Positions 12,753-23,878 of a DNA stretch of 64,000 bases are shown piece after piece (the first letter of the stretch is position 1; each line of letters opens with the position of its first letter). The DNA comes from an uncultured Acidobacteriota bacterium (GTDB taxonomy: Bacteria > Acidobacteriota > UBA6911 > RPQK01 > JAPXNP01), in assembly GCA_963777605.1 (NCBI GenBank), contig CAVZRV010000011.1, forward strand, positions 32,001-96,000, written 5' to 3'. Both the position numbers and the translations under genes were made by a program. The notes under the pieces are model-generated. The model was not told the origin of the DNA, did not search any database, and saw only the letters and a program-made list of their open reading frames with translations.

Positions 12753-12788
12753 CACCGGCTGCCAACTGGATAACGATTGGAACTCGGC

Positions 12789-14104
12789 ATGGATTTGTTC
12801 AGCGAAGCACCGTTTGCGATCTGGCAGGGATTCCGGCATTCCTGGACTTACAACCATCGCCTGAACCGGTTGGGAGACTGGGTGGTCAACCGGGAACGGG
12901 GGGGGACTCGGTCTCGGTTGAATTCGGTCACTCGGCAGCTTCCGGATCCGGTGAGGATCGGGCCAGTTTCGAGACCTTCGGAGCCACCACGAAAGCTGAC
13001 GGGATTTGCGTCAGGGATTTTCACCGCGAAGTGCAGATCCGCTCCCGTGAGGAGGAGAACCAGACCTTCTTTTGTGAAATCAGGGTCGGTGCGGAGGCCG
13101 GCATTCCCGACGACTGTGATGTCTTCGAAGCCTGCCTCAGTGGGTTTGACCTCTGGTCCGAGAAAGACGCCGACAAGCTGATCAGCCTTCACCTGGCCAC
13201 ATCACCCCCGGCTCTGGACGAACAGACGGGCGAGATTGTCTTCAGCATCTTTGGCGGGATGAACGTCGATTGCGACAGCCCGGAATGCGACCTTCACGAT
13301 GGCGCGGGCGCAACAATTGCCTGGATGGCTGCCGGCGGAATGGCCGGGCAGCTACTCGGCGGTCCAGCTGGGGCGGCCGCAGGCGCACTGTTTGGCGGCC
13401 TCTTTTCCAAGCTCGACATTTCCACGGACTACACACTCAGACTGCATGTCGTTCTGATTTGCGGAAAATCTGACCACTTGGCCGCAACCCGAAAGACGTT
13501 TTCGAACGAGTTGACCTGGGATACCACAACCCCGATCACCCTCGAAAACGAGGGGACACAGCGGGTTGAGGTGAGGGGAGACCGCCCGGGCCCGTGGAGA
13601 GTGAGTCTTCCCGGCATCCACCAGATTTCACTGGAGGTGACAAGAGAAAAGGGCTTTCTGCGGCCCGACACGGCCATGCATCTCCTGGAGTGGGACATGG
13701 CAGTCCGCCCAGTTGAAATGACGGGCACAGGCTGCACTGTCGACCTGGACCTCTTCTTCCGCAACTGGCGCCCCCGCGAGTCCGTTTTTCTGGACAGACA
13801 GATCGACCTGGGTCTGCTCAGCGAGATCGATTTGGTGGACGAGCTTGCCGAAGATATTTCTTCGCATCGCGATGCGGGATCCGCATCGCTGACGCTGGGA
13901 TTGACTCTCCTCCAGTTCGCCCAGCCCGGCATTATTGAACAGGATGCCAAGATCGGGGGTCTGACTTGGCGGGGCGGCAACGCCAGCGCGAAGTCAAATG
14001 ACGCCGTCTACACGACCGTTGTCCCTCACGAAATCTCGGCAGCGGCTCAACCGTTGACGAGTGACTCCAATTCGATCCTGGTCGCAGTCGAAAACTGCAA
14101 CTGA
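12789..14104 (+). CDS. Hypothetical protein with a glycine-zipper segment (frameshift(s) at about 12900-13060)
   Basis: Two overlapping ORFs; G homopolymer near 12900; AAGGMAGQLLGGPAGAAAGALFGGLF. Confidence 0.6.
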
Positions 14105-14126
14105 AACACGAAAAGGACTGAATCCA

Positions 14127-14603
14127 ATGGCAGAGAAAAGAAATCGAAGAGGCCGCAATCCTGAAGACAGAGCAAAACGGACTCCGACCCCGGTTCGGGA
14201 GGCTGTGCCCCGAACCGGCACAAGCCCGCGGGGAGTCGACCCGGGCGATATCAAGGGGATCAATGCGCTGGTTACTCGGGGACGGGTCGCAGGCTATACA
14301 GTGGATTCCAACGGACTCGTGGTCAAACTCGATGTCAGCGCACTCAGCCGAATCGCCTTCTCGGTCAGTGCAGACGCCCCGCATTTCCGCCCCGCCGTGT
14401 CCATGACAATGATGGCCCTGAACAACCGGATTAACCCTGCAACTCAGGAAGGATCGGCTCATGACCAGCAGTACCTGTGGGTCAAGCTCCAGTCCAAAGC
14501 GGGCGGTGGCAACATCACGCCCGCCGCCGCCGTGGGGCTGTCCAACAGCAACGAAGCTGATCCCTTTGACGTTGCCGGATTCGTCTTCTCTCCTGAATCG
14601 TAG
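14127..14603 (+). CDS. Hypothetical protein with basic disordered N-terminus
   Basis: AAAGGA RBS; follows the previous gene by 22 bp. Confidence 0.6.
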   Translation: MAEKRNRRGRNPEDRAKRTPTPVREAVPRTGTSPRGVDPGDIKGINALVTRGRVAGYTVDSNGLVVKLDVSALSRIAFSVSADAPHFRPAVSMTMMALNNRINPATQEGSAHDQQYLWVKLQSKAGGGNITPAAAVGLSNSNEADPFDVAGFVFSPES

Positions 14604-14689
14604 GAATTCCGGGAGGATCGATCCGCTGCCGGCCAACGGTGCTGATGCAACCAGGCGCAGCTGTGACGGTCCACGGCCAAAGGTTTCGA

Positions 14690-14960
14690 ACGCCGATGAC
14701 GAGAAGCGTCTTGAGCTGACCCAGGAAGGCCTTGACGTGCCGGCCTCGAACGTAGACGCCGGGGCTGAAACGAAAGACCAGCGCCAGGCGCCGGCGATCC
14801 CGATGATCTCGAGACTGTCGATCACTGGGGCTTTGCGGTGGCAGCGGGTTCGCTGCAAAAGGATCGGTGTCCGGCCTCGACGAGCGCTCCGCAAATATGA
14901 CCTCTGCTGACTCCTCATCGGCTCTCGTCGCAGAGCTCTCCCCGAGTAAGGTGCTGCATC
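14690..14960 (-). mobile_element. Degraded IS630-like transposase remnant
   Basis: RGRTPILLQRTRCHRK and RRRLALVFRF...VKAFLGQL in two frames resemble IS630 DDE segments. Confidence 0.5.
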
Positions 14961-15350
14961 TATCCCGCCATGGCGTCCGGCTCTGCCAGGCACGTCTGGA
15001 TCGGCTTCGGGTTTCACCTTGCCTCGCAGGCTGACCGCCCGTGCCCGGCCTCACTGCCGGCGTTGTTCCTACCGCCGTCGGTTTACCTCCCGCTTCCTTC
15101 AGCTTCGCCTCACGGCTGCGCCTAGTGTTTGGCTAAGGTTGGTCCCATCACCTCCTTTGAGTACCTTTCAACTCAATGGATTCAGCCCATGTCGGGCACC
15201 CGAGGGCGGACGTCCTCGTCCGCCACGACGGTTTGGGCGCCAGGCTCACGACAGATGGCATCCCCACAACGCGGACAGCGACGTCCGCGATCCAAATGAA
15301 GCTTCAAGTTAGAACGGATTCCACGTCTGCAGTGACGTTTATCTGCAGAA

Positions 15351-15914
15351 TCAGCCGTCAAGGATCTTCTTGAGTGTTCGGGGCCAGAGTTCCTGCGATT
15401 CGACACGGAAGGCTCGGTTGAACTTGCTCGAACAGTTTTCCCAGGCGATCGTCGCGGTCAGTTCGACAAGTTCATCATCAGAGAACTCGGCCCTTAAACG
15501 CTCGAAGAGTTCGTCTGACACCTCAAGACTTGTGTCGGTGATGCAGTCGGCGTATTCGAGCGCAAGCCTCTCGCGGATATTGTAGTGAGGACTCTGTGGG
15601 TAATTGGGAAGATCCAGGATTTTCTCCTTGCTGGCACCCATTTCGCTGCCGACGGCAGCGTTGATGTCCTGTCAGAAGACACAGCCATTGAGTGAAGCGA
15701 CCCGTCGGTTCACCAGCGCTGTCAGACCGCCGTCCAGTAGTCCTGACGCAGCCAGCCCTCCCCACATTCCGAGGACAGCCTGGAAGATTGTTGGCCTGCG
15801 AGCATAGAGTTCATAGGGTTCGAGCGGCGCGCCCCACCGCACGGTCTGTTGATCGAATGTCTTAGCGATTCGTTCCCCAACCTGCCCTTTCTCGAGTCCC
15901 TTGATTCTTGCCAT
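15351..15914 (-). CDS. AhpD/carboxymuconolactone-decarboxylase-like selenoprotein (CxxU; Sec at codon 81, TGA at 15672-15674)
   Basis: ORFs 15672-15929 and 15351-15641 are in frame across one TGA: VASLNGCVF-U-QDIN...ERLALEYAD...FSDDELVELT; SECIS-like hairpin downstream. Confidence 0.88.
15644..15660 (-). promoter_or_regulatory. Bacterial SECIS-like stem-loop
   Basis: CGCUGCC-GUC-GGCAGCG begins 11 nt after the UGA; G(U) in the apical loop. Confidence 0.75.
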
Positions 15915-15954
15915 TCCCCGATTGTGCACCGAACCCCGGCCCGAGCGAAAGAGT

Positions 15955-16100
15955 ACCCATCCTCCAGGGACGGCATCCGTGCGGGTGACTGCCCCGGGGC
16001 CGGATCTCCGTGTAGTCCATTCTCGACCTGCTGTCCGGAGGATGGTCGGCTGAGCAGATTCTCGAAGAATTCGACAAGCTCAACCCGGCCGCACCCTCCT
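15955..16100 (+). pseudogene. DUF433 (antitoxin-like) remnant
   Basis: RISV*SILDLLSGGWSAEQILEEFDKL with an internal TAG and no intact start. Confidence 0.6.
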
Positions 16101-16188
16101 GGACGGGTTTGCGAAACAATTCTCATCCCTGCGTTCCGTCCCCAGCACTTGATATTTCCCGGCCCGCAATCGACACTGGTTGCCGATC

Positions 16189-18640
16189 ATGAGACGTTGG
16201 TTGAAGGTCGTTCTCGTTGTCGTTTCCGGGATCCTGGTCCTGTTTCTGGCTGCGGCGCTCTGGGCCTACAGCCTGGTTTCGGGGAGCCTGCCTCAGTTGG
16301 AAGGCGAGGTCGAAATTGCAGGCTTGGCGGCCCCGGTGACTGTCGAGCGGGACCAACTCGGCATCCCTTCGATTCGTGGAGAGAATCCCGTCGATGTGGC
16401 CCGGGCCCTGGGATTTGTCCATGGGCAGGACCGCTTCTTCCAGATGGACCTGACCCGCCGGCAGGCGGCTGGCGAACTGGCGGAACTGATCGGTCCCGTG
16501 GTCGTCGAAAGCGATCTGGGCGAGCCGCTTCCACCAGTTTCGAAAACGCGCCCGGCGGGTAGTCGAATCCATGCCGGCGGGGCAAAGGGAAATCGTCGAT
16601 GCCTATGTTGAAGGCGTCAATTCCGGACTGGACGGACTCGACCACAAACCCTTCGAATACTACTTCCTTCAGGCGGATCCCAAACCATGGAATGCGGAGG
16701 ACACCATTCTGACCCTGGTGGCAATGTTCTTCATGCTGAACGATGAGACCGGGATCCGGGAATCAGACAGGGGAGTGCTTTACGACATCCTTCCAACCGA
16801 AATGGCCCGGTTCATCGCCCCGGAAGGAACCAGGTGGGATGCGCCGATCGTTGGGGATGCCTTTGTGTCCGATCACATCCCCGGCCCCGAGGTCTTCGAT
16901 TCTCGCGATACTCTCCAGGGGCCGCAGGCAGGAGGAAGAGACCGCTCAGACGAATCTCGAGGTGACTCCGTATCCCCGGTTCCCTTCTGGTCTCAATTCC
17001 CGGACGAACTCCAGTCCCTCGTCGGATCCAACAACTGGTCCGTCGCCGGTTCGCGGACGAATGACGGACGCGCCATCGTCGCCGATGACATGCACCTGGG
17101 GATTTCCGTCCCCAACACCTGGTACCGGGCGTTGCTTCAATGGAAGAGTGACGGTTCCGGGCAGGATGCGACAACGACGGTAGTCGGAGTGACGCTTCCC
17201 GGAATCCCGGCGGTCGTGGCGGGAAGCAACACTCACGTTGCCTGGGGATTCACCAATTCCACAGGCGACTGGTCCGACCTGATCGTACTGGAAATCAACC
17301 CGGATCATCCGGACCAGTACCTGACCCCGGACGGATACAAGACTTTCGAAGTCGAGAAGGAGACGATTGACGTCAAGGGAGAAGAGCCCCGCACCCTGGA
17401 GATCCATCACACGATCTGGGGACCGGTGATTGACGAGGACCACCTCGGCCGGCCGAGAGCGCTTCGATGGATCGCCCATGATCCCGAAGCGGTCAATCTC
17501 AACCGCATCGCGCTCTCCGGTGCGTCCAATATGGAGGAAGCCGTCGAAACGGCCAATCGCAGCGGGATCCCTCCTCAGAATTTCGTCGTCGTCGATCGAA
17601 GCGGACGCACGGCCTGGACGATTGAAGGACGGATCCCGCGCAGAGTCGGGTTTGACGGCCAAGTGCCCGTCTCCTGGGCTGACGGGTCCCGGAAATGGGA
17701 TGGCTATTACCCGCCGGAAGAGTATCCTCGAGTGATCGATCCGGCGTCCGGGGCCCTGTGGACCGCGAATTCACGCGTGGTCAACGGAGAAATGCTGGAG
17801 AAGATTGGCCAGGGACTTTATGATCTGGGAGCCCGAACCCAGCAGATCCGCGACGACCTGTTCGCACAGGGGACGTTCTCCGAGCAGGACATGCTCAAGA
17901 TCCAGCTGGACAACCGCGCCCTCCTCGTCTCGCCCGGTGGCGGGACTTGATCCTCCAACTCGTGGACGAGGAAGCGATTCAGGGGAACAGTGACCGAAGG
18001 GTTTTCAGAGACCTGGTCGAAAACAGCTGGTCTGGAAGGGCGTCGGTCGATTCGATCGGATACCCCCTGGTCCGCACTTTTCGGCTTATCACCGATGAAA
18101 AAGTCTTCGACTGGCTGACCGAATCCTGTAAGGCAGCCGATGAACGGTTCAGTCCGTCCGGATTTAACCAGCGGGAACAGTCTCTCTGGCTGATGGTCAC
18201 CAGAACGGCCGATCCACCTGCTCGACCCCAGCTACGAATCCTGGGAGCAATTCCTGCTCTCCGTTGTGGACGAGACGATCGCTCGCTACGGCGGTGTTTC
18301 GGAGCTTCCCAAAACCACCTGGGGAAAATTGAACACCGCTCGGATCCAGCACCCGCTCAGTCGCGCAGTTCCCTTCCTTTCGTCCTGGCTTGACATGCCG
18401 GCCGACCAACTGGCCGGCGACGGAAACATGCCCCGGGCACTGGGGCCCAACTGGGGTGCGTCCGAACGATTCGCGGTTTCGCCAGGGCGCGAGGAAGAGG
18501 GCTATCTCCACATGCCGACCGGGCAGAGCGGACACCCCCTCTCACCCTACTACCGATCCAGCCACAGCGCCTGGGTCAAGGGTTTGCCCACCCCGTTTCT
18601 GCCCGGCAAGCCCGAGAAGGTGCTGACGTTGCGTCCGTGA
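16189..18640 (+). CDS. Penicillin acylase family (S45 Ntn-hydrolase); three frameshifts near 16519, 17928 and 18202
   Basis: LGFVHGQDRFFQMDL, GSNNW nucleophile, DMHLG, PQNFVV, TANSR, GASER, PTGQSGHPLSPYY. Confidence 0.88.
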
Positions 18641-18678
18641 GGCGCTCCTCAAAGAAACCGGATTGCTACTGGCAGACG

Positions 18679-18992
18679 TGAAACTTCAATTTGAATGAAC
18701 TGGAAATCCTGGATGATTTGGACGCGTCTGGATGGGGATTCGGGCGATCAGTGGAGAGCCAGGGACGCGATTATCGGCTGGAACCTGGTTCCTGGTCCGG
18801 TGCCAGACGTGGATGAGTGATGAGCACAGGATCGGCGCCGTGCTGGCCCCTGAAGGGGGCCTGTTTCCAGCCCAGGCATTTGCCTGGGTTTACGGTTCCC
18901 CCATCAAGAATCCAGCCCTGAAAGGGCGGCACAGCTCTCCGGACGTGAAGAATCGGCGCGACCTTACAGGCCGCGATCGCCTTGCCGGGACC
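18679..18992. repeat. Non-coding REP/MITE-like element, copy 1 (inverted copy at 56875-57203)
   Basis: Highly similar to the reverse complement of 56875-57203; internal palindromes GCCCCTGAAGGGGGC, CCCAGGCATTTGCCTGGG, GCCCTGAAAGGGC. Confidence 0.88.
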
Positions 18993-19158
18993 ACAGAGAG
19001 GGTAAACCCTGGGCTGAAACCAAGGCGCCAGGGGCAGTTTCACTCCGTGAATGATCCGTGGAGGCTTGGCGTTTACACTCAAAACGCCCAGAATGAAACT
19101 TGGGCAATCGATCGGGCCAGTGAACAGCAACACATTGAAGCGTATAAGGAGAAACCCA

Positions 19159-20526
19159 ATGCAGGACATGGACAGGCGCACATTCATCAGGAAATCTTCA
19201 GCCGTTTCCGCCGGAGTGATGTCCGGCTTGGCGGGGCTCGGAAACTCATCCGCCCGCTCTAACCCGAGCGATACGATCAACGTCGCTGTCATTGGAATCC
19301 GCAATAGAGGCAAAGAACACTGTCGTGCGCTGTCGGAAATACCCAACGTGAGAATCGCGGCTTTATGTGACATCGACCAGCGACTGCTTCCGGAGGCGGT
19401 GGCCGAGGTCGAAAAACTGACCGGCTACCGGCCCAAGACAGAAACCGAATACCGGAAGATTCTCGACGACAAGAGTATCGACGTCGTCACGATCGCCACA
19501 CCGAATCACTGGCATGCCCTGCAAACGATCTGGGCTTGCCAGGCGGGCAAGGATGTCTACGTCGAAAAACCGGTCTCGCACACGGTTCTCGAAGGCAGAA
19601 AGATGGTGGAGGCCGCCCGGAAGTACAGCCGCGTGGTGCAGACGGGAACCCAGGCGAGAAGCAGCTTCCCGACCAACCAGGCGATCGAGTTCATCAGGGG
19701 CAACGGACTAGGGGACGTGTACATGGCAAAAGGGCTGTGCATCAAACCCCGGGGAAGCATCGGGCATGTCAAGGACAGCACGATTCCGGAGGGGGTCAAC
19801 TGGGATGCGTTTCTGGGTCCGGCACCGTACAGGCCCTTTAACCTCAATCGATTTCATTACCGGTGGCACTGGTTTTGGGATACGGGCTGCGGCGACCTCG
19901 GGAACCAGGGGATCCACCAGGCCGATGTAGCCCGTTGGGCACTGAACAAGACAACTCATCCCGTGAAGATCCAGGGTGTCGGGAACAAGTTCATCCTGGA
20001 TTCCGATCAGGAAACTCCGAATATCCAGAATTTGACGTTTGAATACCCAGATTCTTCGATCCTGCATTTTGAAGTGAGAGGCCTGCCGAGCAACACGGAA
20101 GGCGGCGTTACGGTTGGAGACCTCGTTTTCGGCTCGAAAGGCTGGATGAGTATCGACAATGAAGATGTCGGGCGAAGCCAGGTCCGGTATGGTGAGATAA
20201 ACCTCCTGCCAATTGGCTACTCGTCTTACAAGGAAGAGGCCGGCCCTGTTTTTTCGAACGAGGATCCCGGGACTGCCGACGCGGTGAAGAACCATTTCCT
20301 GAACTTCCTGGACTGCGTCCGGTCACGGAACTGGCGAGACCTGCACGCAGACATCCTGGAAGGGCACATTTCAACGAGTCTCTGCCACCTGGGTAACATC
20401 GCGTGCAGGCTTGGCAGAACACTTGAATTCGATCCTGAAACAGAGAAGTTCGTCAACGACAAGGAAGCGGACGGCTATCTGACGAAAACGTATCGAGCCC
20501 CTTATCTGCTGCCGCAAACTGTGTAA
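19159..20526 (+). CDS. Tat-exported Gfo/Idh/MocA oxidoreductase
   Basis: DRRTFI leader; ATPNHWH, KDVYVEKP, QTGTQ.RS, GDLGNQGIH. Confidence 0.92.
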   Translation: MQDMDRRTFIRKSSAVSAGVMSGLAGLGNSSARSNPSDTINVAVIGIRNRGKEHCRALSEIPNVRIAALCDIDQRLLPEAVAEVEKLTGYRPKTETEYRKILDDKSIDVVTIATPNHWHALQTIWACQAGKDVYVEKPVSHTVLEGRKMVEAARKYSRVVQTGTQARSSFPTNQAIEFIRGNGLGDVYMAKGLCIKPRGSIGHVKDSTIPEGVNWDAFLGPAPYRPFNLNRFHYRWHWFWDTGCGDLGNQGIHQADVARWALNKTTHPVKIQGVGNKFILDSDQETPNIQNLTFEYPDSSILHFEVRGLPSNTEGGVTVGDLVFGSKGWMSIDNEDVGRSQVRYGEINLLPIGYSSYKEEAGPVFSNEDPGTADAVKNHFLNFLDCVRSRNWRDLHADILEGHISTSLCHLGNIACRLGRTLEFDPETEKFVNDKEADGYLTKTYRAPYLLPQTV

Positions 20527-20905
20527 CGCGGCGTCCACGGTGGGCAGGGTGCTTCCTCCCGTTCTGTCTTCCGCTAAGATTCCTGCTGTTTCCTGATTGT
20601 CCGGCTTCTCGAGAAAGCGGATTGAGCCGAATCGATCCGGCAACCCGGCCCGGGCTCGGAAGGACCACGATCTATGACCTTGAGCGCCGCACGGTTGCTC
20701 TCCATGCTTCCCGGTTGCCAGCTTGAATGTGCCCGTCCGGGCGCCACGGCCACGAAACAATGAGTGCAGCTTGCGCCGATACCGGAACCTTAGCCCTACC
20801 TGAAAAATTCCCGATGGTAAGATCGGTTCAGATGTCGAGGGGAAATCGGCGAATAATTGAACAGCCTTTCCCCTCAGAATACGCTTCAAAAACGATGTCC
20901 CAGGA

Positions 20906-22225
20906 GTGGACCTGATGTCGCCCAGACAAACAGCCGCCGTTGGCAATTCTCCAAGAACCTCCGAATTTCTCAGCCAGACGTTGATCGCAGACTACCAGCG
21001 CGTTCGCGCCTTTTCCGAAAGAATCTGCGCCCCGCTCAAAACCGAGGACTGCGTGATCCAGTCCATGCCCGACGCCAGCCCGACGCGCTGGCACCTGGCC
21101 CACGTGAGCTGGTTTTTCGAGACCTTCGTGCTCAGTCCGGCCGTTACCGGTTACCGGTCGCCGCACCCGCTTTTCGCCTACCTCTTCAATTCCTATTACA
21201 ACGCCGTCGGCCCCCAGTTCAACCGCCTCCGCCGCGGCCTGATTTCGCGCCCAACGGTCGAGGAAACCTATGCTTATCGCCGCGCCGTGGATGAGGCGAT
21301 GACTGATTTTCTTGCGGGTTGTGATACGGCGGCGCTGGAGCGCTGGGCGCCGGTCGTAGCCCTCGGTCTGCATCACGAGCAGCAGCATCAGGAATTGATT
21401 CTGACCGACATAAAGCACGTCCTGGCGCAAAATCCGCTGCATCCCATTTACGCTGCCGCTGAGTCACCGTCCGCTGCCCCGCCGCCCCCGCTGGGATGGC
21501 ACGCTTATCCTGAAGGCATTGGTTGGATCGGCCACGCGGATGACGGTTTTGCCTATGACAATGAGGCCCCGAGCCACCGCCGCTTTCTGGAAGCGTTTGA
21601 GCTCGCCTCGCGCTTAATCACCTGTGGCGAATACCTGGAATTCATGGCGGACGGCGGCTACCAGCGCCCCGAGTTCTGGCTTTCCGAGGGGTGGGCCACC
21701 GCCCGCTCCGAGAATTGGCAAAATCCGCTGTACTGGGCGCACGAGGACGGGCAGTGGTGGCTGATAACGCTGCACGGGTGGCGCCCGGTCGAACCACACG
21801 AGCCGGTTTGTCACGTCAGCTACTTCGAGGCCGATGCCTACGCCCGCTGGGCCGGAGCACGCCTGCCGTCCGAGGCGGAATGGGAAACGGCCGCCCGCGT
21901 GCTGCCGATCGAGGGTCACTTCGCCGAAGAGGGCTTTTTCCATCCGCGCCCGCTCTCCGTGGCGGATTCGTCCGCGACCCCGGAGCAGATGTACGGCAAC
22001 GTGTGGGAGTGGACGCAAAGCCCTTATGTCGCCTATCCCGGTTTTCAACCGGCGGCTGGAGCGATCGGTGAATATAACGGCAAGTTCATGTGCAATCAGT
22101 TCGTGTTGCGCGGCGGCTCCTGCGCGACATCAATCACCCACATTCGCCCAACATATCGTAATTTCTTTCCGCCGGCGGCCCGTTGGCAATTCATGGGTCT
22201 CCGGCTGGCCAGGGATGTCAAATGA
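20906..22225 (+). CDS. egtB: Ergothioneine sulfoxide synthase EgtB (type II-like)
   Basis: QSMPDASPTRWHLAH, FNSYY, HHEQQHQEL, FGE-sulfatase domain GNVWEWT, YRNFF...RWQF. Confidence 0.93.
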   Translation: MDLMSPRQTAAVGNSPRTSEFLSQTLIADYQRVRAFSERICAPLKTEDCVIQSMPDASPTRWHLAHVSWFFETFVLSPAVTGYRSPHPLFAYLFNSYYNAVGPQFNRLRRGLISRPTVEETYAYRRAVDEAMTDFLAGCDTAALERWAPVVALGLHHEQQHQELILTDIKHVLAQNPLHPIYAAAESPSAAPPPPLGWHAYPEGIGWIGHADDGFAYDNEAPSHRRFLEAFELASRLITCGEYLEFMADGGYQRPEFWLSEGWATARSENWQNPLYWAHEDGQWWLITLHGWRPVEPHEPVCHVSYFEADAYARWAGARLPSEAEWETAARVLPIEGHFAEEGFFHPRPLSVADSSATPEQMYGNVWEWTQSPYVAYPGFQPAAGAIGEYNGKFMCNQFVLRGGSCATSITHIRPTYRNFFPPAARWQFMGLRLARDVK

Positions 22226-23209
22226 TGCCAACGACTGGTTTATTGGCTCCGCCGGCGTTCGCCGCCGACCGGGCAACCTTCCTCGAGGAGGTGATGCTGG
22301 GGCTGGGCCGAAACCCAAAAGAGCTTCCCTGCAAGTACTTCTACGATGCCTTGGGATCGCGGCTGTTCGAGGAGATCTGCCAGCTGCCGGAATACTACCC
22401 GACGCGCACCGAGTTGGCGATCATGCGCCGGGCAATTGGTGAAATCGTCGAGGCCATTGGGCCACAGAGCCTGCTCATCGAGTATGGCAGCGGCAGCAGC
22501 CTGAAAACCCGCCTGCTCCTCGATCACGCGCCCCACCTGGCCGGGTACATTCCGATCGATATCTCCGCCACGCAGCTTGCTCTGGCGGTGCGCGCCCTCT
22601 CGAAGCAATATCCGCGGCTGCCGCATCTGTCCGCTGTGCGCCGACTACACACGACCGTACGAACTGCCCGAGGCGGCGCTTGGGGACAGCCGGCGTGTGG
22701 TCTTTTTCCCCGGTTCCACGATTGGTAACTTTGCTCCGGCCCAGGCCACCGACTTCCTGAGACACATCGCGCAGGTTTGCGGCCCGGGAGGCGGGTTGAT
22801 CATCGGCGTCGACCTCATAAAGGATCCGTGCCGGCTCAACGCCGCCTACAACGACGCCCGCGGAGTGACGGCAGCGTTCAACCTCAACCTGCTCCGCCGC
22901 ATTAACCGTGAACTCGGCGCCGACTTCCGGCTGGATCGGTTTACGCACCGTGCCTTTTACAACCCAAGCGCGGGCCGTATCGAGATGCACCTGGTCAGCC
23001 TCGCCCGCCAGGAGGTACACCTGAACGGCGCTACGATTCCGTTTGAGCTGGGCGAATCGGTTTGGACCGAGAGTTCCTATAAGTATTCCCCCGCAGACTT
23101 CGCGAGACTGGCGGCCACTGCCGGCTGGCGCGTCGAGCGGGTCTGGACCGATCCCGGGCAGTTGTTCAGCATCCAGCACCTGGCCCGAGTGGATCAGAAA
23201 CACAGGTAA
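22222..23209 (+). CDS. egtD: L-histidine N(alpha)-methyltransferase EgtD (frameshift near 22621)
   Basis: KYFYD.LGS.LFE.IC.LPEYYPTRTE, EYGSGSS.KT, FPGSTIGNF, AYND..GVTAAFN, TESSYKY; ATGA overlap with egtB. Confidence 0.92.
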
Positions 23210-23700
23210 TGAAAATGCAACTGGCAGAAGGCTTGCGACAAGAGTTACGCGAACTCCTTGTGGGCGGCAACGCGCACCAGCAGTTCGACGGAGCGGTGCG
23301 CGATTTTCCCTTGGCACTGCGCGGTCTCCGGCCCAAGGGGTTGCCCTATAGTGGATGGGAACTGCTCGAACACATCCGCATCGCCCAGCACGACATCCTG
23401 AAGTTTATTCGCGACCAGCACTACCAGTCACCGGCCTGGCCCGAGGGCTACTGGCCTGCAACTCCTGCGCCGCCCGAAGCCGCGGACTGGGACCGTGCCA
23501 TCGCTGCGTTTCACGCCGACCGGCAGGCAATGCTGGACCTGGTTGCTGATCCCGAGCGCGATATGATCAAGCCCTTTGCCCATGGAAGCGGGCAAACCCT
23601 GCTGCGCGAGGTGCTCCTGGCGGCCGATCACACGGCCTATCACCTGGGGCAGTTTATCGCGGTGCGGCGCCTGCTTGCATGCTGGCCTCCCCAGGAATGA
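23209..23700 (+). CDS. DinB family protein
   Basis: WELLEHIRIAQHDI and ADHTAYHLGQ His motifs; abuts egtD. Confidence 0.85.
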   Translation: MKMQLAEGLRQELRELLVGGNAHQQFDGAVRDFPLALRGLRPKGLPYSGWELLEHIRIAQHDILKFIRDQHYQSPAWPEGYWPATPAPPEAADWDRAIAAFHADRQAMLDLVADPERDMIKPFAHGSGQTLLREVLLAADHTAYHLGQFIAVRRLLACWPPQE

Positions 23701-23754
23701 GTTTTGAGGCTGCAACAAAGATAACCGAGCACGAAGTTTCGAAGGAGGTGGATC

Positions 23755-23875
23755 ATGGCTTAATGCGCTCACCTGGACCAGATTCGCGACGTCATCCCGA
23801 GCGCCCAGGGTTGCGGGGACTGCTTGAAGACCGGTGACTCTTGGGTCCATTTGCGAATGTGCCGGGTATGCGAAA
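23755..23875 (+). pseudogene. Truncated UBP-type zinc-finger protein
   Basis: GGAGGT RBS then MA*CAHLDQIRDV.PS..GCGDCLKTGDSWVHLRMCRVC, broken off after about 40 codons. Confidence 0.7.
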
Positions 23876-23878
23876 GGG

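Noticed and set aside
16011-16020. In-frame TAG in the DUF433 remnant as pyrrolysine
   Set aside because: The surrounding sequence is decayed with no intact start, and no pyl context is present
18732-19373. ORFs of 176 and 200 aa over the repeat element
   Set aside because: They span a non-coding palindromic repeat whose second copy does not preserve the frame
20906-22225. EgtB as selenoneine synthase SenA, given the nearby selenoprotein
   Set aside because: No senB or senC adjacent; egtD coupling fits ordinary ergothioneine synthesis
23755-23763. Stop-codon readthrough in the zf-UBP gene
   Set aside because: The stop is TAA rather than TGA/TAG, and the gene is truncated anyway
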